Below the pieces are notes generated by a model. The model worked only from the letters and a program-made list of their open reading frames with translations. It searched no databases and was not told where the DNA came from. Below are positions 47,714 through 58,129 of a DNA stretch of 64,000 nt, in pieces. The DNA lies in the NCBI GenBank assembly GCA_003331425.1, contig QOOS01000005.1, forward strand, positions 22,144 to 86,143, in the 5' to 3' direction. The stretch is from Nitrosopumilus sp. (GTDB taxonomy: Archaea > Thermoproteota > Nitrososphaeria > Nitrososphaerales > Nitrosopumilaceae). Made by a program: the position numbers and the translations under genes. How positions within the stretch are numbered: position 1 is the stretch's first letter; every line of letters starts with the position of its first letter.

Positions 47714-49423
47714 TCACTTATGTGTGAAAATTGCTTGATTTTGTGAATCTTTTCTGCAGTATCCAAATCTAATAAATTGTATTTCTTCGCCTTCTTTTAA
47801 TTGTAAGTAATGTGGTTCACAATATGCATCAAGTTCTTCTAAACTATCCTCATTAAATTTCTCATCAATAAATAATATTTTTGGAATAATCATTTTGATT
47901 TTATGTCCTGTTTTTTGTGAAACCCATTGTATTTTGGAAATATCTTTGATATCTCCATCTTTTACATATTCTCCTTCAAATTCTTCCCCTTGTTTTGTAA
48001 TCAAAATATTTCCTAATCCTAAAAGTCTAATTTGTTCTCCTTCTTTGAGATTCTGTGCATCCTCTCCAGAGATGTAAAAATTCCCATCGACATCAATCTT
48101 ACGTTTACCCATATCGTTTACTGGATGATTAGAAATTTCAACAGATGTAATTGATAAATTCTTTACTGATAATTTTTTTGGATTAATTACCATATACAAT
48201 CGAATACTACTTTCATCAACAAATTTTCTGTTAAATGCTTCAAGAGAATCAAAAGGTGCTAGAGTATTTGCTTTGGTTAAACCAAGTGACATGATAAATT
48301 TTCTAATTGCTTCTGGTTTAATCCCTCTTTTCTTTAATGCCTCTAAAGTTGGTAATCTTGGATCGTCATACCATGAAACTTTACGTTCTTCAATCAGTGG
48401 TTTGATAATTCTTTTTGAAATTGGCATGCCTTTGAATTCCAATCTTGAGAAAAACCCTTGTTGTGGTTTTCTCATATTTAGTGAATCTAAAATTGCTTCA
48501 GTCAACTCTTCTCTCAACTCAAATTCTTTTGAACGAAAAGCGTGCGTAATTCCGTCAATACTATCTTCAATTGCTACTGCAAAATCATAACTTGGCCAAA
48601 TTCTATATTTCTCACCTACTGTGTAGTGCTTTCCTTCAATTATTCTGAATAGTACTGGATCTCTCATTACTGCATTATCTGCTTTCATATCTCCACGAAA
48701 TCTGACAATTGCTTCACCTGGTTTGAATTTTGTTTCCATTTTCCTCCAACCATCGATATTTTTATCCACATCTTCATTACTGCATTTACATGCTTTTCTC
48801 TCTCGTCTATTTTTACTAATGTCATCTCTTTTACATTTACAAACGTAGGCTTTTCCAGAATTAATTAATTCCATTCCTTTTTCATAAAATACTTCCATAT
48901 CATCTGAAGTACTTTTTACAATATCAAATTCGATTCCTAACCATTCTAAACCCACTTTAATTGCAGCATGATATTCCATTCTTTCAGCTTCAGGATTTGT
49001 ATCGTCCATTCTTAGAATGAATTTTCCTCCATACATTTTTGCGTATTCAGAATTAATGATAGCTGCTTTTGCATGTCCTATATGCGGATAACCATTTGGT
49101 TCTGGTGGAAATCTTGTAATTACATTTCCTTGTTGTGCATTTTTTAATTCCGGTAACCCTTCTCTTTCTTTTATTTTCTCTTTAGGTGCTAAAATCTCTG
49201 GAAAATTTTCATCAATTTCTTTTTTTTGTTCGTCAATTGATAATTTATTTACGCTTGATACAATTTCAGCTATTTCTATTGAAATTTCTTTTACTTTGGT
49301 TCTAAATTCTGGTTTAGTCCCAAGAATTTTTCCTAAAATTATTTTATCTCTAGTTTCCCCTTCATGTTCAAATGCATTTTGAAGAGTCATTTTTCTAATT
49401 TCCTTTTTAATCTCTTCATCCAT
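47714..49423 (-). CDS. gltX: Glutamyl-tRNA synthetase
   Basis: RFPPEPNGYPHIGH, RMDDTNP, WPSYDF, WYDDPRLPTL. Confidence 0.96.
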   Translation of the reverse strand: MDEEIKKEIRKMTLQNAFEHEGETRDKIILGKILGTKPEFRTKVKEISIEIAEIVSSVNKLSIDEQKKEIDENFPEILAPKEKIKEREGLPELKNAQQGNVITRFPPEPNGYPHIGHAKAAIINSEYAKMYGGKFILRMDDTNPEAERMEYHAAIKVGLEWLGIEFDIVKSTSDDMEVFYEKGMELINSGKAYVCKCKRDDISKNRRERKACKCSNEDVDKNIDGWRKMETKFKPGEAIVRFRGDMKADNAVMRDPVLFRIIEGKHYTVGEKYRIWPSYDFAVAIEDSIDGITHAFRSKEFELREELTEAILDSLNMRKPQQGFFSRLEFKGMPISKRIIKPLIEERKVSWYDDPRLPTLEALKKRGIKPEAIRKFIMSLGLTKANTLAPFDSLEAFNRKFVDESSIRLYMVINPKKLSVKNLSITSVEISNHPVNDMGKRKIDVDGNFYISGEDAQNLKEGEQIRLLGLGNILITKQGEEFEGEYVKDGDIKDISKIQWVSQKTGHKIKMIIPKILFIDEKFNEDSLEELDAYCEPHYLQLKEGEEIQFIRFGYCRKDSQNQAIFTHK

Positions 49424-49443
49424 GATTTCTCTCTTTATTGCAA

Positions 49444-50424
49444 CTATACACTTCGTTTAACTACAAAATCTAATAATGCTACTAGTTCTACTTTGGCAGT
49501 TCCTTTGTATTTTGTTAGTGATTTTTCTGATTTTTCAGCATATTTTAGAGCCTGATTTCTGACTTTTTCTTCGATACCTAATGAACGAATTACTTCGACA
49601 GCCCTACCCAGATCTTTCTTTGAAATTTTAGAATTGCCAAATGCTTTTAAAATTATTTTTTTCTCATTACCTTTTGCTAATTTGATTGCCATTAAAATTG
49701 GAAGAGATTTTTTACCTTCTCTTAAATCATTACCTACTGGTTTCTTTGTAACTTTAGGATCTCCCATAACGCCTATCAAGTCATCAGTAATTTGAAATGC
49801 AATTCCTAAATTTCTTCCAAATGTTGAAAGATTTGAAATATCTTTTGGTTTGTTTGTTGCACAAATTGCTCCCATTGCACATGATACATCAAATAATGCT
49901 GCTGTCTTTTTGCCTATCATTGTAATGTATTCTTTTTCTGTTGGGATTCTTTTCTCATCTGCCATTTTAATATCTAATAATTGACCTTCACAAACATCTA
50001 CACAAGCTTTTGCAAGTCTAGATATCAGATGTGTATTTGCATTTGGTGACAATTTTGATTCTGAAATAATTTGAAATGCTTTTGAAAATAATACGTCTCC
50101 TGCTAATATTGCAATTGGCATTCCAAATTTTTTATGTACTGTTGGAACTCCATGGCGCATTTCATCATTATCCATAATGTCATCATGTACTAAAGTAAAG
50201 TTGTGTACCATTTCTACTGCACTTGCAGAAATCATTGCCGTTGATGATTTACCACCTAAAATTTGACAACTTCTAATTACCATGTATGGCCTAAGTCTTT
50301 TTCCACCATTAACAATAAGATGTCCTGCTGCATCATAGAGTTTTTTTGGATTACCATTTAATTTTGAATTAAGATATTTGTTTACAATTTTAGCATTATT
50401 TTCAATTTGTTTAGTTTTTTTCAT
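49444..50424 (-). CDS. Geranylgeranyl diphosphate synthase
   Basis: GGKRLRP, HNFTLVHDDIMD..MRHG (Phe at -5), GQLLD, KKT, QITDD, DLREGKKSLP. Confidence 0.92.
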   Translation of the reverse strand: MKKTKQIENNAKIVNKYLNSKLNGNPKKLYDAAGHLIVNGGKRLRPYMVIRSCQILGGKSSTAMISASAVEMVHNFTLVHDDIMDNDEMRHGVPTVHKKFGMPIAILAGDVLFSKAFQIISESKLSPNANTHLISRLAKACVDVCEGQLLDIKMADEKRIPTEKEYITMIGKKTAALFDVSCAMGAICATNKPKDISNLSTFGRNLGIAFQITDDLIGVMGDPKVTKKPVGNDLREGKKSLPILMAIKLAKGNEKKIILKAFGNSKISKKDLGRAVEVIRSLGIEEKVRNQALKYAEKSEKSLTKYKGTAKVELVALLDFVVKRSV

Positions 50425-51061
50425 TTACTAATCTCCATTTTTCTGTTGGAATATGGGTTTTAATTGCTTCTTGTAACCCTTCATGGACTTCACTGTTCAT
50501 CCATGCAGATAAGATATTTTCATGTTTTTTGAGCATAGATTGATCTGATTTTTCAAGTAATTCTAATGCAATTAGCATCCATGGACAATAAATTTGAGGA
50601 TTTGTTTTAATTTCAGCAACTAATTCCTTTGCTGAAATCCATTTAATTTCATCAATTTCACCTTCTATTTCTTTCAATTCTGTATTTTTATCAATCACTC
50701 CAACTAGAGTTCCACAAACTTCATTTTCAGATCCTACATCTTTGTATGGTACATGATATTCAAATTTATGAAAATAATCTAATTTTCCTGAAATCCCTAA
50801 TTCTTCAGGCATTCTTCTTTCACCTGATGAAACATATCCTTCTGATTCTCTTGGATGACTTGCAAATGTCCCATCCCAATCTCCAGGCCATAACATTTTT
50901 TCTTTTGCTCTTTTTGTTAGTACTAACCTTCCATCTTTATCAAACAATAATGCGGTAAATGCTCTATGTAATTTTCCATTTGGTAAATGACATTTTACTT
51001 TTTCTTCTGTCCCAATTGGATTGTCATTTTCATCCACTAATATTACAAATTCTTCAGGCAT
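50411..51061 (-). CDS. idi: Type 1 isopentenyl-diphosphate isomerase (Nudix fold)
   Basis: VDEND, CH..G.LHRAF, WPG.W...ASHP, ENEVC, YCPW. Confidence 0.88.
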   Translation of the reverse strand: MPEEFVILVDENDNPIGTEEKVKCHLPNGKLHRAFTALLFDKDGRLVLTKRAKEKMLWPGDWDGTFASHPRESEGYVSSGERRMPEELGISGKLDYFHKFEYHVPYKDVGSENEVCGTLVGVIDKNTELKEIEGEIDEIKWISAKELVAEIKTNPQIYCPWMLIALELLEKSDQSMLKKHENILSAWMNSEVHEGLQEAIKTHIPTEKWRLVNEKN

Positions 51062-51806
51062 TTCTTTTTCCTCTAAACATGGTTCCTTTAAACTCTCTAT
51101 TTTTAACAGCTGCTACAATTCTTTCTGGTTTTTTTCCATTTACAAAAAATACATTCATGCCCATTTTAGAAATTTTAATTGCTTCTTCTACTTTTCTTGT
51201 CATTCCTCCTGTCACATCCATTTTATTTTCTGACATTAATGGAACACTTCCTTTTAGTTCAGAAATTACTTTCTTTGATTTAAGATCTGAATAAAGTCCA
51301 TCTTCATTTAATGCAAAAATACACAATCTTGGTTTTAGAACTTTTGCAAAATGAGTCATTATTTTATCTCCTGATAGGATGTATGTTTTATTTTGACCAA
51401 ACCATAATGCATCTCCATATGTAACTGGGATTAAGCCTGATTTTGCTATTTTTTTAACTTCGTTGATCTTCTTTGAAATTGGTTTATTACCTGACATAAA
51501 ATCCGTTGGCGGTAATGAGTATGGATTTAATTTATTTTTTAATAGCGAATCTAAAATAATTTTATTTAATTCAATCATTGAATTTTTAATAATTGATACT
51601 CCTCTAATATCGTATTTTCTTTCTTTGGTATGCATATCATATTTTACAGACCAATAATGTCCATATGATCCGCCTCCGTGAACTATTATGATTGGCTCTT
51701 TAATTTTTTTCAAACTTTTTGATAAATTATCTATTGTTTTTTTTCTTGCTGATAACGGCTTTTCTTTATTTGTAATAATTGATCCACCTAATTTTATCAG
51801 AATCAT
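51054..51806 (-). CDS. Isopentenyl phosphate kinase
   Basis: IKLGGSIITNK, VHGGGSYGH, SGD, DVTGGM; position in mevalonate cluster. Confidence 0.9.
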   Translation of the reverse strand: MILIKLGGSIITNKEKPLSARKKTIDNLSKSLKKIKEPIIIVHGGGSYGHYWSVKYDMHTKERKYDIRGVSIIKNSMIELNKIILDSLLKNKLNPYSLPPTDFMSGNKPISKKINEVKKIAKSGLIPVTYGDALWFGQNKTYILSGDKIMTHFAKVLKPRLCIFALNEDGLYSDLKSKKVISELKGSVPLMSENKMDVTGGMTRKVEEAIKISKMGMNVFFVNGKKPERIVAAVKNREFKGTMFRGKRNA

Positions 51807-51829
51807 GTTGTACCAAACTAACTAATCAA

Positions 51830-52771
51830 TTAAAAAGTGTTCAGTCCTTTGAAATCTATTTTTGCAGGAAAGCATTCGTATCCATTATTTGTGAATTCTT
51901 TTAATGTATTTTCTAAATTAGATTCATTTGTTAATGCAAAAATACAGCCCCCGCCACCAGAACCTGTTATCTTTGCACCATAAGATGAAATTTGTCCAAT
52001 TTTAATCATGTTTTCTAATTGTTCATTTGAGATTCCAATTTCCTCTAAAAACTTTTGATTTTGATTTATTTTTTCTCCAATTTCTTTTATTTTATTTTCT
52101 TTAATTAATTTTAAAACATCCTCTACTAATTTTGATTCTAAATTTGATAATTCGTTAAATTTCTCCTTGTTTTTATTTTCAAATTCTTTCACTTTTGAAA
52201 CCATTGATTCTGTTGAATGTTCAATGTTTGAATTTGCAATTACTAATTGAAAATTAGGCTCATCCTCAATTTTTTTAAATCCATTATTCTTGTCATATTC
52301 CATTAGCCCTCCATATGTGGAAACTGTACAATCTGCACCTGATGTATTTTGATAAATTGTTTTTTCAGCCTCAATAGCATATTCTAATATTTTTTCCTTT
52401 GAAATTTTTCCAAATAATTTGAAAATAGCTGCAGCACCTGCTACACAACATGCTGATGATGAACCTAGTCCTGCACCAAGTGGGATTTCTGATTCAATTT
52501 CAATTTCTAACCCTTCATTTTGATCTTTGATTGCTTTATTTGCTAAATAATAAAATGGTTTTAACGGTGAATCAATTTTTGAAATTGATTCATTTGGTTC
52601 TAAAACTAATTTTCCTATTTCTGAATTAATTGAAATTTTTCTTTCCTTAGTTTTTTCTGCAGTTACTGTAACCCTTTTGTTTATAGAACATAAAATTGAT
52701 TTAATTCCATAAACAACAAAATGTTCTCCAAACAGAATAACTTTTCCTGGAGCTGATGCTTTAGATTTCAA
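51830..52771 (-). CDS. mvk: Mevalonate kinase
   Basis: APGKVILFGEHFVVYG, PLGAGLGSSS, SGAD, GAKITGSGGGG. Confidence 0.95.
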   Translation of the reverse strand: MKSKASAPGKVILFGEHFVVYGIKSILCSINKRVTVTAEKTKERKISINSEIGKLVLEPNESISKIDSPLKPFYYLANKAIKDQNEGLEIEIESEIPLGAGLGSSSACCVAGAAAIFKLFGKISKEKILEYAIEAEKTIYQNTSGADCTVSTYGGLMEYDKNNGFKKIEDEPNFQLVIANSNIEHSTESMVSKVKEFENKNKEKFNELSNLESKLVEDVLKLIKENKIKEIGEKINQNQKFLEEIGISNEQLENMIKIGQISSYGAKITGSGGGGCIFALTNESNLENTLKEFTNNGYECFPAKIDFKGLNTF

Positions 52772-52789
52772 TTAAACACTTGAAATTTT

Positions 52790-53413
52790 TTATTCGATTT
52801 CCTCTTCGGTAATCTTTGCTTCAAAATCATCAATTTCATATTTCATTGATTCATTTTCTTTTAACTCTCCTTTTTCAATGAGAATTTGTCTGACTAGTAA
52901 CCAGTAAATTGTAGCTAGTGCTTTTCTTCCTCTGTTATTTCCTGGAATTATAATGTCTAATTTTGATGTAATGTTATCTGTATTTGCAATTCCCACTACT
53001 GGAATTCCTGCATTAGTTGCTTCAATTAATGCTTGTTCATCTACTTCAGGATCTGAAATAACAACTAATTTTGGTTCAATGTAATATGGTAATGATGGAT
53101 TTGTCAATGTACCTGGCATGAATCTTCCAAGTAATTTTTTAGCTCCTGTCATCTCACAGAATTTTTCGATAGGAACTTCTGCGTATCGTCTACTAGAACA
53201 AACGATGATATTTTCTGCTCCCAATCTATTGATGAATTTAGCTGATGTATCTATTCTTGCTAGAGTGATATCGATATCTAGCATATAGAGTCCTTCTGGA
53301 CTAGCTTTTGTGATAAAAGGTTTCATGAATTTTGTCTTTACTTGTGTTCCAACTCTGATCCCAGTTGAAATGACTTTTTTCTTAATGTCTACTGTTTCTT
53401 CTTGTTCACTCAT
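52790..53413 (-). CDS. rps2: 30S ribosomal protein S2 (uS2)
   Basis: GIRVGT, GRFMPGTLTN, NTDN, IPGNNRG; start 53413 avoids overlap with eno. Confidence 0.95.
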   Translation of the reverse strand: MSEQEETVDIKKKVISTGIRVGTQVKTKFMKPFITKASPEGLYMLDIDITLARIDTSAKFINRLGAENIIVCSSRRYAEVPIEKFCEMTGAKKLLGRFMPGTLTNPSLPYYIEPKLVVISDPEVDEQALIEATNAGIPVVGIANTDNITSKLDIIIPGNNRGRKALATIYWLLVRQILIEKGELKENESMKYEIDDFEAKITEEEIE

Positions 53414-53420
53414 GACGATT

Positions 53421-54659
53421 TTAAATCTCCGCCATGCCACATATAAAATCATGCCCTGATAAGCGTAATAATTCGTTCAATTTTGCTACTCTTTCGCCGC
53501 CTACCACGCCTACTTTGAGCATTTTTGATTTTGTTGCAATTCCTATGTGTGAAATTTGGGAATCTGTAGATTCTCCAGATCTATGTGATGTAATTAGTCT
53601 GACATTATTTTGATTTGCAACATTTGCAAATTCTAATGCATCATGTAGACTACCTGCTTGGTTTACTTTCAAGATTGCTGCATTACATGCTTTAATACCA
53701 ATTGCTTTTGTCAGGATATCTTTGCTGGTGACAGTCAAGTCATCTCCTGTAACTAGTGTATTTGGAAATTTTGAAGTCAATTCTGCCATATCTTCAAATG
53801 CCTCTTCATGAACTGCATCTTCAGCATAAATTAATTTAAATTTATCAATAATGTCTGCTGCAAAATCAATCTGTTCACCTGTTGAATTTTCAAATCCAGC
53901 TCTATCATAGATGTACTTTCCTTTTTCTTCATTCCATTGTGTTGACGATGCAAAATCTACTCCTAATGATACTTCTTTACCTAAAGTGAAACCTAAATTC
54001 TCACAAGCTTTAGATGAAACTTCTAATGCTTTTTGATTTTCCAATTTTGGTGCCCATCCTCCTTCATCTCCTCTTCCGTTAGTGAAGTTTGGATCTTCTT
54101 TTTCCAAAACTTTTCTTAACTCTTTATGAACTGCTAAATTTGTTTCAATTGCATCTTCGATAGTTTTTGATCCTGTTGCACAAATTAAAATCTCTTGAAT
54201 ATCTGGTGTTCCAGGCCCTGCATGTGCTCCACCACCTAAAATATTTCCTAATGGGAATGGACATTTAGCTTCTGAATTTGGAGATAATGTTTTGAATAGT
54301 GGTTGTTCTAATGATTGTGATGCAGATTCCATTGATGCAATTGTTACTGCAAAAGCAAGTGCACCACCAATAACTGAATAATTACCGGTATTATCCAAAC
54401 TTTTCAATGTTTCATGAATTGTTTTTAAATCTGATGAATCTAAACCAATGAACTTCTGTGAATTTTGTGTTAGTATTTTGAGGCTTTCTTCTGGACCTCC
54501 ATTAGGAAAACTTGTTGCTTCATATTTTCCTACACTGGCACCTGATGGAGCACAAACTCTTCCTAGAAATTTGTTATCTGATTTTATATCAACTTCAATT
54601 GTTTTACTGCCTCTACTATTGAATAAAACTCGTCCTTCAATAGAAGTAATTTTAGACAA
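53421..54659 (-). CDS. eno: Enolase
   Basis: NSRG..T, PSGAS.G..EA, GDEGG, GDDL, LKVNQ, SHRSGE. Confidence 0.96.
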   Translation of the reverse strand: MSKITSIEGRVLFNSRGSKTIEVDIKSDNKFLGRVCAPSGASVGKYEATSFPNGGPEESLKILTQNSQKFIGLDSSDLKTIHETLKSLDNTGNYSVIGGALAFAVTIASMESASQSLEQPLFKTLSPNSEAKCPFPLGNILGGGAHAGPGTPDIQEILICATGSKTIEDAIETNLAVHKELRKVLEKEDPNFTNGRGDEGGWAPKLENQKALEVSSKACENLGFTLGKEVSLGVDFASSTQWNEEKGKYIYDRAGFENSTGEQIDFAADIIDKFKLIYAEDAVHEEAFEDMAELTSKFPNTLVTGDDLTVTSKDILTKAIGIKACNAAILKVNQAGSLHDALEFANVANQNNVRLITSHRSGESTDSQISHIGIATKSKMLKVGVVGGERVAKLNELLRLSGHDFICGMAEI

Positions 54660-54660
54660 A

Positions 54661-54897
54661 TTAATCTAATTCAGATTGAACTTCTTGTTTTCTTTTCTGA
54701 ATTGATTCATAGAATGGAATTACTTGTTGAATTGTTTCAACAGTAGTCAAAAGCATTCTTCTACAACAATATCTGTCTATTTTTAAATCATTTAGAACTT
54801 TTTCAGGATCTTCTCCTGCTTTTAATTTAGTTTGATAATCTTCGAATTTATCTGCAATTAAACATCCACATGTAAAACATCTAACAGGAATTAACAC
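54661..54897 (-). CDS. rpoN: DNA-directed RNA polymerase subunit N (Rpo10)
   Basis: IPVRCFTCG..RYCCRRM; GTG 54897 preferred. Confidence 0.95.
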   Translation of the reverse strand: MLIPVRCFTCGCLIADKFEDYQTKLKAGEDPEKVLNDLKIDRYCCRRMLLTTVETIQQVIPFYESIQKRKQEVQSELD

Positions 54898-54947
54898 GAT
54901 GAAAAAAGTCGTCAAGGATTATAAAAACCATACAAGGTTATTTTGTT

Positions 54948-55035
54948 GCGGGCGTCGCCCAGCCTGGCCAAAGGCGCTAGCTTGAGGGGCTAGTCTCTCA
55001 GGAGTTCGTGGGTTCAAATCCCATCGCCCGCACCA
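54948..55035 (+). tRNA. tRNA-Leu(GAG)
   Basis: Acceptor GCGGGCG/CGCCCGC, anticodon arm CTAGC-TTGAGGG-GCTAG, long variable arm, CCA encoded. Confidence 0.96.
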
Positions 55036-55045
55036 TTTCTTAAAA

Positions 55046-55660
55046 TTATTTTTTCAGTTTTTCTAAAGCTTTGATTAATTCAATACGTCTTTTTTCTTCT
55101 GTAATTGCCGATCTAACATCATCAACTAGTATTCTATTAACATCAATTTTTCTTCTAGCTTCTTTTACTACTTTATCGTATAATGAGAATGTATAAAGTT
55201 GAAGGTAAAGGTTCTCCATAATCTCAAAGAATCTTATAGCTTCATCAATATCTCCTGTTCTCATTTCATCGAAAACTTTTCTTTTTAATTCACCAACACA
55301 ATCTAGTAATCCTAAAACATATGATTCTGGCATAACTGCTAATTTTTTATCTGAAGGAATATCTTTTTTTTCAACAACTGCAATTAGACATGCTGCTTCA
55401 ACGTATTCTTGTTCTGGTGTAATTAGGTATCTTCTTAATTGTCCTGTTGCTTTTTTCTTGTATTTTTTTAATAGTTTATCAGCTTGTTTCAAATTATTTT
55501 TTGCTGTTACTAATTCCCCTTTGTGAACTGCAATGATTGATTTACTACATAGAATAATTATCTCTCTAGTATTTTTTAATAAAAATTCTCGTGAATCTTG
55601 TGTAGCTGCTAAAGATTTTGTAATTTTATTTAATGATGGTTTAACATTTTTTAATGTCAT
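55046..55660 (-). CDS. Translin/TRAX family protein (archaeal C3PO-like)
   Basis: RE..I...REII, EQEYVEA, YVLGLLDCVGELKR; start 55660 avoids overlap with nnrE. Confidence 0.85.
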   Translation of the reverse strand: MTLKNVKPSLNKITKSLAATQDSREFLLKNTREIIILCSKSIIAVHKGELVTAKNNLKQADKLLKKYKKKATGQLRRYLITPEQEYVEAACLIAVVEKKDIPSDKKLAVMPESYVLGLLDCVGELKRKVFDEMRTGDIDEAIRFFEIMENLYLQLYTFSLYDKVVKEARRKIDVNRILVDDVRSAITEEKRRIELIKALEKLKK

Positions 55661-55732
55661 GTAACAAATTTTTAAAACTAGGATAAAGCCGTTTGCTAAA
55701 CTCTTATTTTGGTAATCATTTTCATGTAAAGT

Positions 55733-56380
55733 ATGGAAATAACAGTAGATCAAATGTATCAAATTGAAAATAAAGGTCATGATATGGGTTTTTTAAAAAA
55801 ATTCATGATGGAAAATGCTGGAGCAGCAGCAGTTAGACGTTTACTAACAAAATTCGATAATGTAGCCTCAAAAAATATCTTAATTTTTGTAGGTTTAGGA
55901 AATAATGGTGGTGATGGTTTAGTTATGGCTAGACACTTAGCTGGCTATGGTTCTAATGTCACTGTAATGCTTCTTGGAGATCCTGAAAAAATTAAAACAG
56001 AAGAAAGTAATTGGAACTGGTCAATTTTAAAAAAAATGCCCTCTGTAAATCTAATGTCTGGTAATTCTTTGGACTTTGATTTCAAACCAGATATAATTAT
56101 TGATGGAATTTTGGGTACCGGAATTTCAGGTGAAATTAGAGAACCATATGCATCAGCAATTAATTACATCAATAACACTGATTGCTACAAATTTGCTGTA
56201 GATGTTCCATCTGGATTAGACCCTCAGACTGGAAATACCGCAAACATTTTCACCAAATGTAACATGACAGTTACATTTCATAAAATGAAAGAAGGAATTC
56301 CAAAAAGAAAAGATTTGACTGGTGAACTATTTGCAGAAAAAATTGGCATTCCTGTTGAAGCTGAAGAGGGAATTGTATGA
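55733..56380 (+). CDS. nnrE: NAD(P)H-hydrate epimerase (YjeF N-terminal)
   Basis: MENAG, GLGNNGGDG, IDGILGTG, AVDVPSG. Confidence 0.92.
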   Translation: MEITVDQMYQIENKGHDMGFLKKFMMENAGAAAVRRLLTKFDNVASKNILIFVGLGNNGGDGLVMARHLAGYGSNVTVMLLGDPEKIKTEESNWNWSILKKMPSVNLMSGNSLDFDFKPDIIIDGILGTGISGEIREPYASAINYINNTDCYKFAVDVPSGLDPQTGNTANIFTKCNMTVTFHKMKEGIPKRKDLTGELFAEKIGIPVEAEEGIV

Positions 56381-56985
56381 TAGTACATCAAATTCCCGTT
56401 GGACCAATGCAAAATTTTTCTTACATTGTAGTTGATGAAGATTCTAGTGAATCTATAATCATTGATCCATCATGGAACTTGATGGAATTAGAATTGATAA
56501 TTAAAGAAAATAATTTAAAAATAAAATATATTGTTAATACACATTATCACGATGATCATACACGAGGAAATGAAGAAATGGTTGCATCCACTAAAGCTCC
56601 TATTATTCAACATGAATTATCAACTTTGAAAAATGACATTACTGTAAAAGATGGAGATTTTATTGAATTTGGCAATTCAAAACTAAAAGTTCTTCATACC
56701 CCTGGACATTCTCCTGATAGTGTTTGTCTTGTAGGTGATGGGAAAATTTTTTCTGGTGATACATTATTTGTTGGCAATTGTGGTAGAATTGATTTACCTG
56801 GAGGTAATGCATCTGAACTTTATCATAGTCTTTTTGATGTACTCCATTCTTTAGATGATAATTTGGTAATGTATCCTGGTCACAATTATGGTTCTACTGA
56901 AACATCCACTATAGGAAAAGAAAAAATGACTAACATGATAATGCAAAAGCGTACTGAACAACAGTTCTTAGATATGATGGGTTAG
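56377..56985 (+). CDS. Metallo-beta-lactamase fold hydrolase (glyoxalase II-like)
   Basis: NTHYHDDH, HTPGHS, FSGDTLF, YPGH. Confidence 0.9.
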   Translation: MIVHQIPVGPMQNFSYIVVDEDSSESIIIDPSWNLMELELIIKENNLKIKYIVNTHYHDDHTRGNEEMVASTKAPIIQHELSTLKNDITVKDGDFIEFGNSKLKVLHTPGHSPDSVCLVGDGKIFSGDTLFVGNCGRIDLPGGNASELYHSLFDVLHSLDDNLVMYPGHNYGSTETSTIGKEKMTNMIMQKRTEQQFLDMMG

Positions 56986-56992
56986 TGATATT

Positions 56993-58063
56993 TTGGACGA
57001 TTTTGAGTTATTTGGCAATGTTGAGCAGGCACAAAATTTCCTTGAATCTGTAAAATCTGGAAGATTTCTTCTCTCCTTTGTAATGTCATATACTCAAACC
57101 TGTGAAATTCCGGGAATTACCATTGCAGGTGCAGATAGTCAATCTATGAAATATACTCCTCCTGCTGATGCAGAATACCTCCACTATGGATACTGTAAAA
57201 CTATTGATAATATTCCGATGACTCCTGATGGAAAACCTACTCCTGCTCTATTAACTAAAACAGCTTTGGAATCTGCAAGTATTCCTCATTTAACAATTAA
57301 TGCTGGAAGTAAAATTACGCCACAATTACCTTTCATTGAAACTGGTTTATCTTTTGGAAAAAATATTTCTGTTGAACCGGCAATGACTGATTCAGAAGTT
57401 TCTAGTGCAGTTGAATATGGCAGAATTGTTGGAAGAAATATGGCTTCATTAACTGACTGTTTAGTAATTGGTGAATCAATTCCTGGTGGAACAACAACTG
57501 CTCTAGCTGTATTGAAGGCTTTTGATTTTGATGCAAAAACAAGTTCTAGTATTCCTACAAATCCTATAAAATTAAAAAATGAAGTTGTAGATTCTGCAAT
57601 AAAACGAATTGATTCTGATCATCCGTATAGTATTCTTGCAAAGGTCGGTGATCCTATGATTGCTTTTGTTGCAGGAATGTTAAGTTCTGCATCTGCTGTT
57701 TCTAAAGTAATGTTAGCTGGTGGCACACAGATGACAGCAGTTTTGGCATTTGCATCTAAAATTGGATTTAATGAAGCAAATACTGCAATTGGAACTACAT
57801 CATATATCACAAATGATCAAAATGCAAATTTTGCTAATCTTGTAAAACAAATTGCTGATATTCCTGCAATCTCTGTAAATCCTGGACTAAATAATTCAAA
57901 ATATTCTGGACTAAAGGCATTTTCTGAAGGATTTGGAAAAGAAGGTGCAGGCGCTGGAGGTAGTATTATTTCATCAATGCTCAAAACTGGAAATGATTCT
58001 GCAAAATTCTTGAATCTTGCAGAACAGGAATATGACAGATTATCTTCATTATCAGAGTCCTAA
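56993..58063 (+). CDS. cobT: Archaeal-type nicotinate-nucleotide--dimethylbenzimidazole phosphoribosyltransferase
   Basis: IPGITIAG..TPPADAE, GESIPGGTTTA, GDPM, LAGGTQM, KEGAGAGG. Confidence 0.85.
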   Translation: MDDFELFGNVEQAQNFLESVKSGRFLLSFVMSYTQTCEIPGITIAGADSQSMKYTPPADAEYLHYGYCKTIDNIPMTPDGKPTPALLTKTALESASIPHLTINAGSKITPQLPFIETGLSFGKNISVEPAMTDSEVSSAVEYGRIVGRNMASLTDCLVIGESIPGGTTTALAVLKAFDFDAKTSSSIPTNPIKLKNEVVDSAIKRIDSDHPYSILAKVGDPMIAFVAGMLSSASAVSKVMLAGGTQMTAVLAFASKIGFNEANTAIGTTSYITNDQNANFANLVKQIADIPAISVNPGLNNSKYSGLKAFSEGFGKEGAGAGGSIISSMLKTGNDSAKFLNLAEQEYDRLSSLSES

Positions 58064-58129
58064 TATTTGAAAAAAGCTGAAAATTAGGCACGAAAATGTT
58101 TATCTTAATGAAATTTAACAAGTTTTGAT

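Noticed and set aside
6369-55035. tRNA 3' ends as integration sites for islands or proviruses
   Set aside because: No integrase, transposase, duplicated tRNA end or compositional break seen next to any of the six tRNAs.
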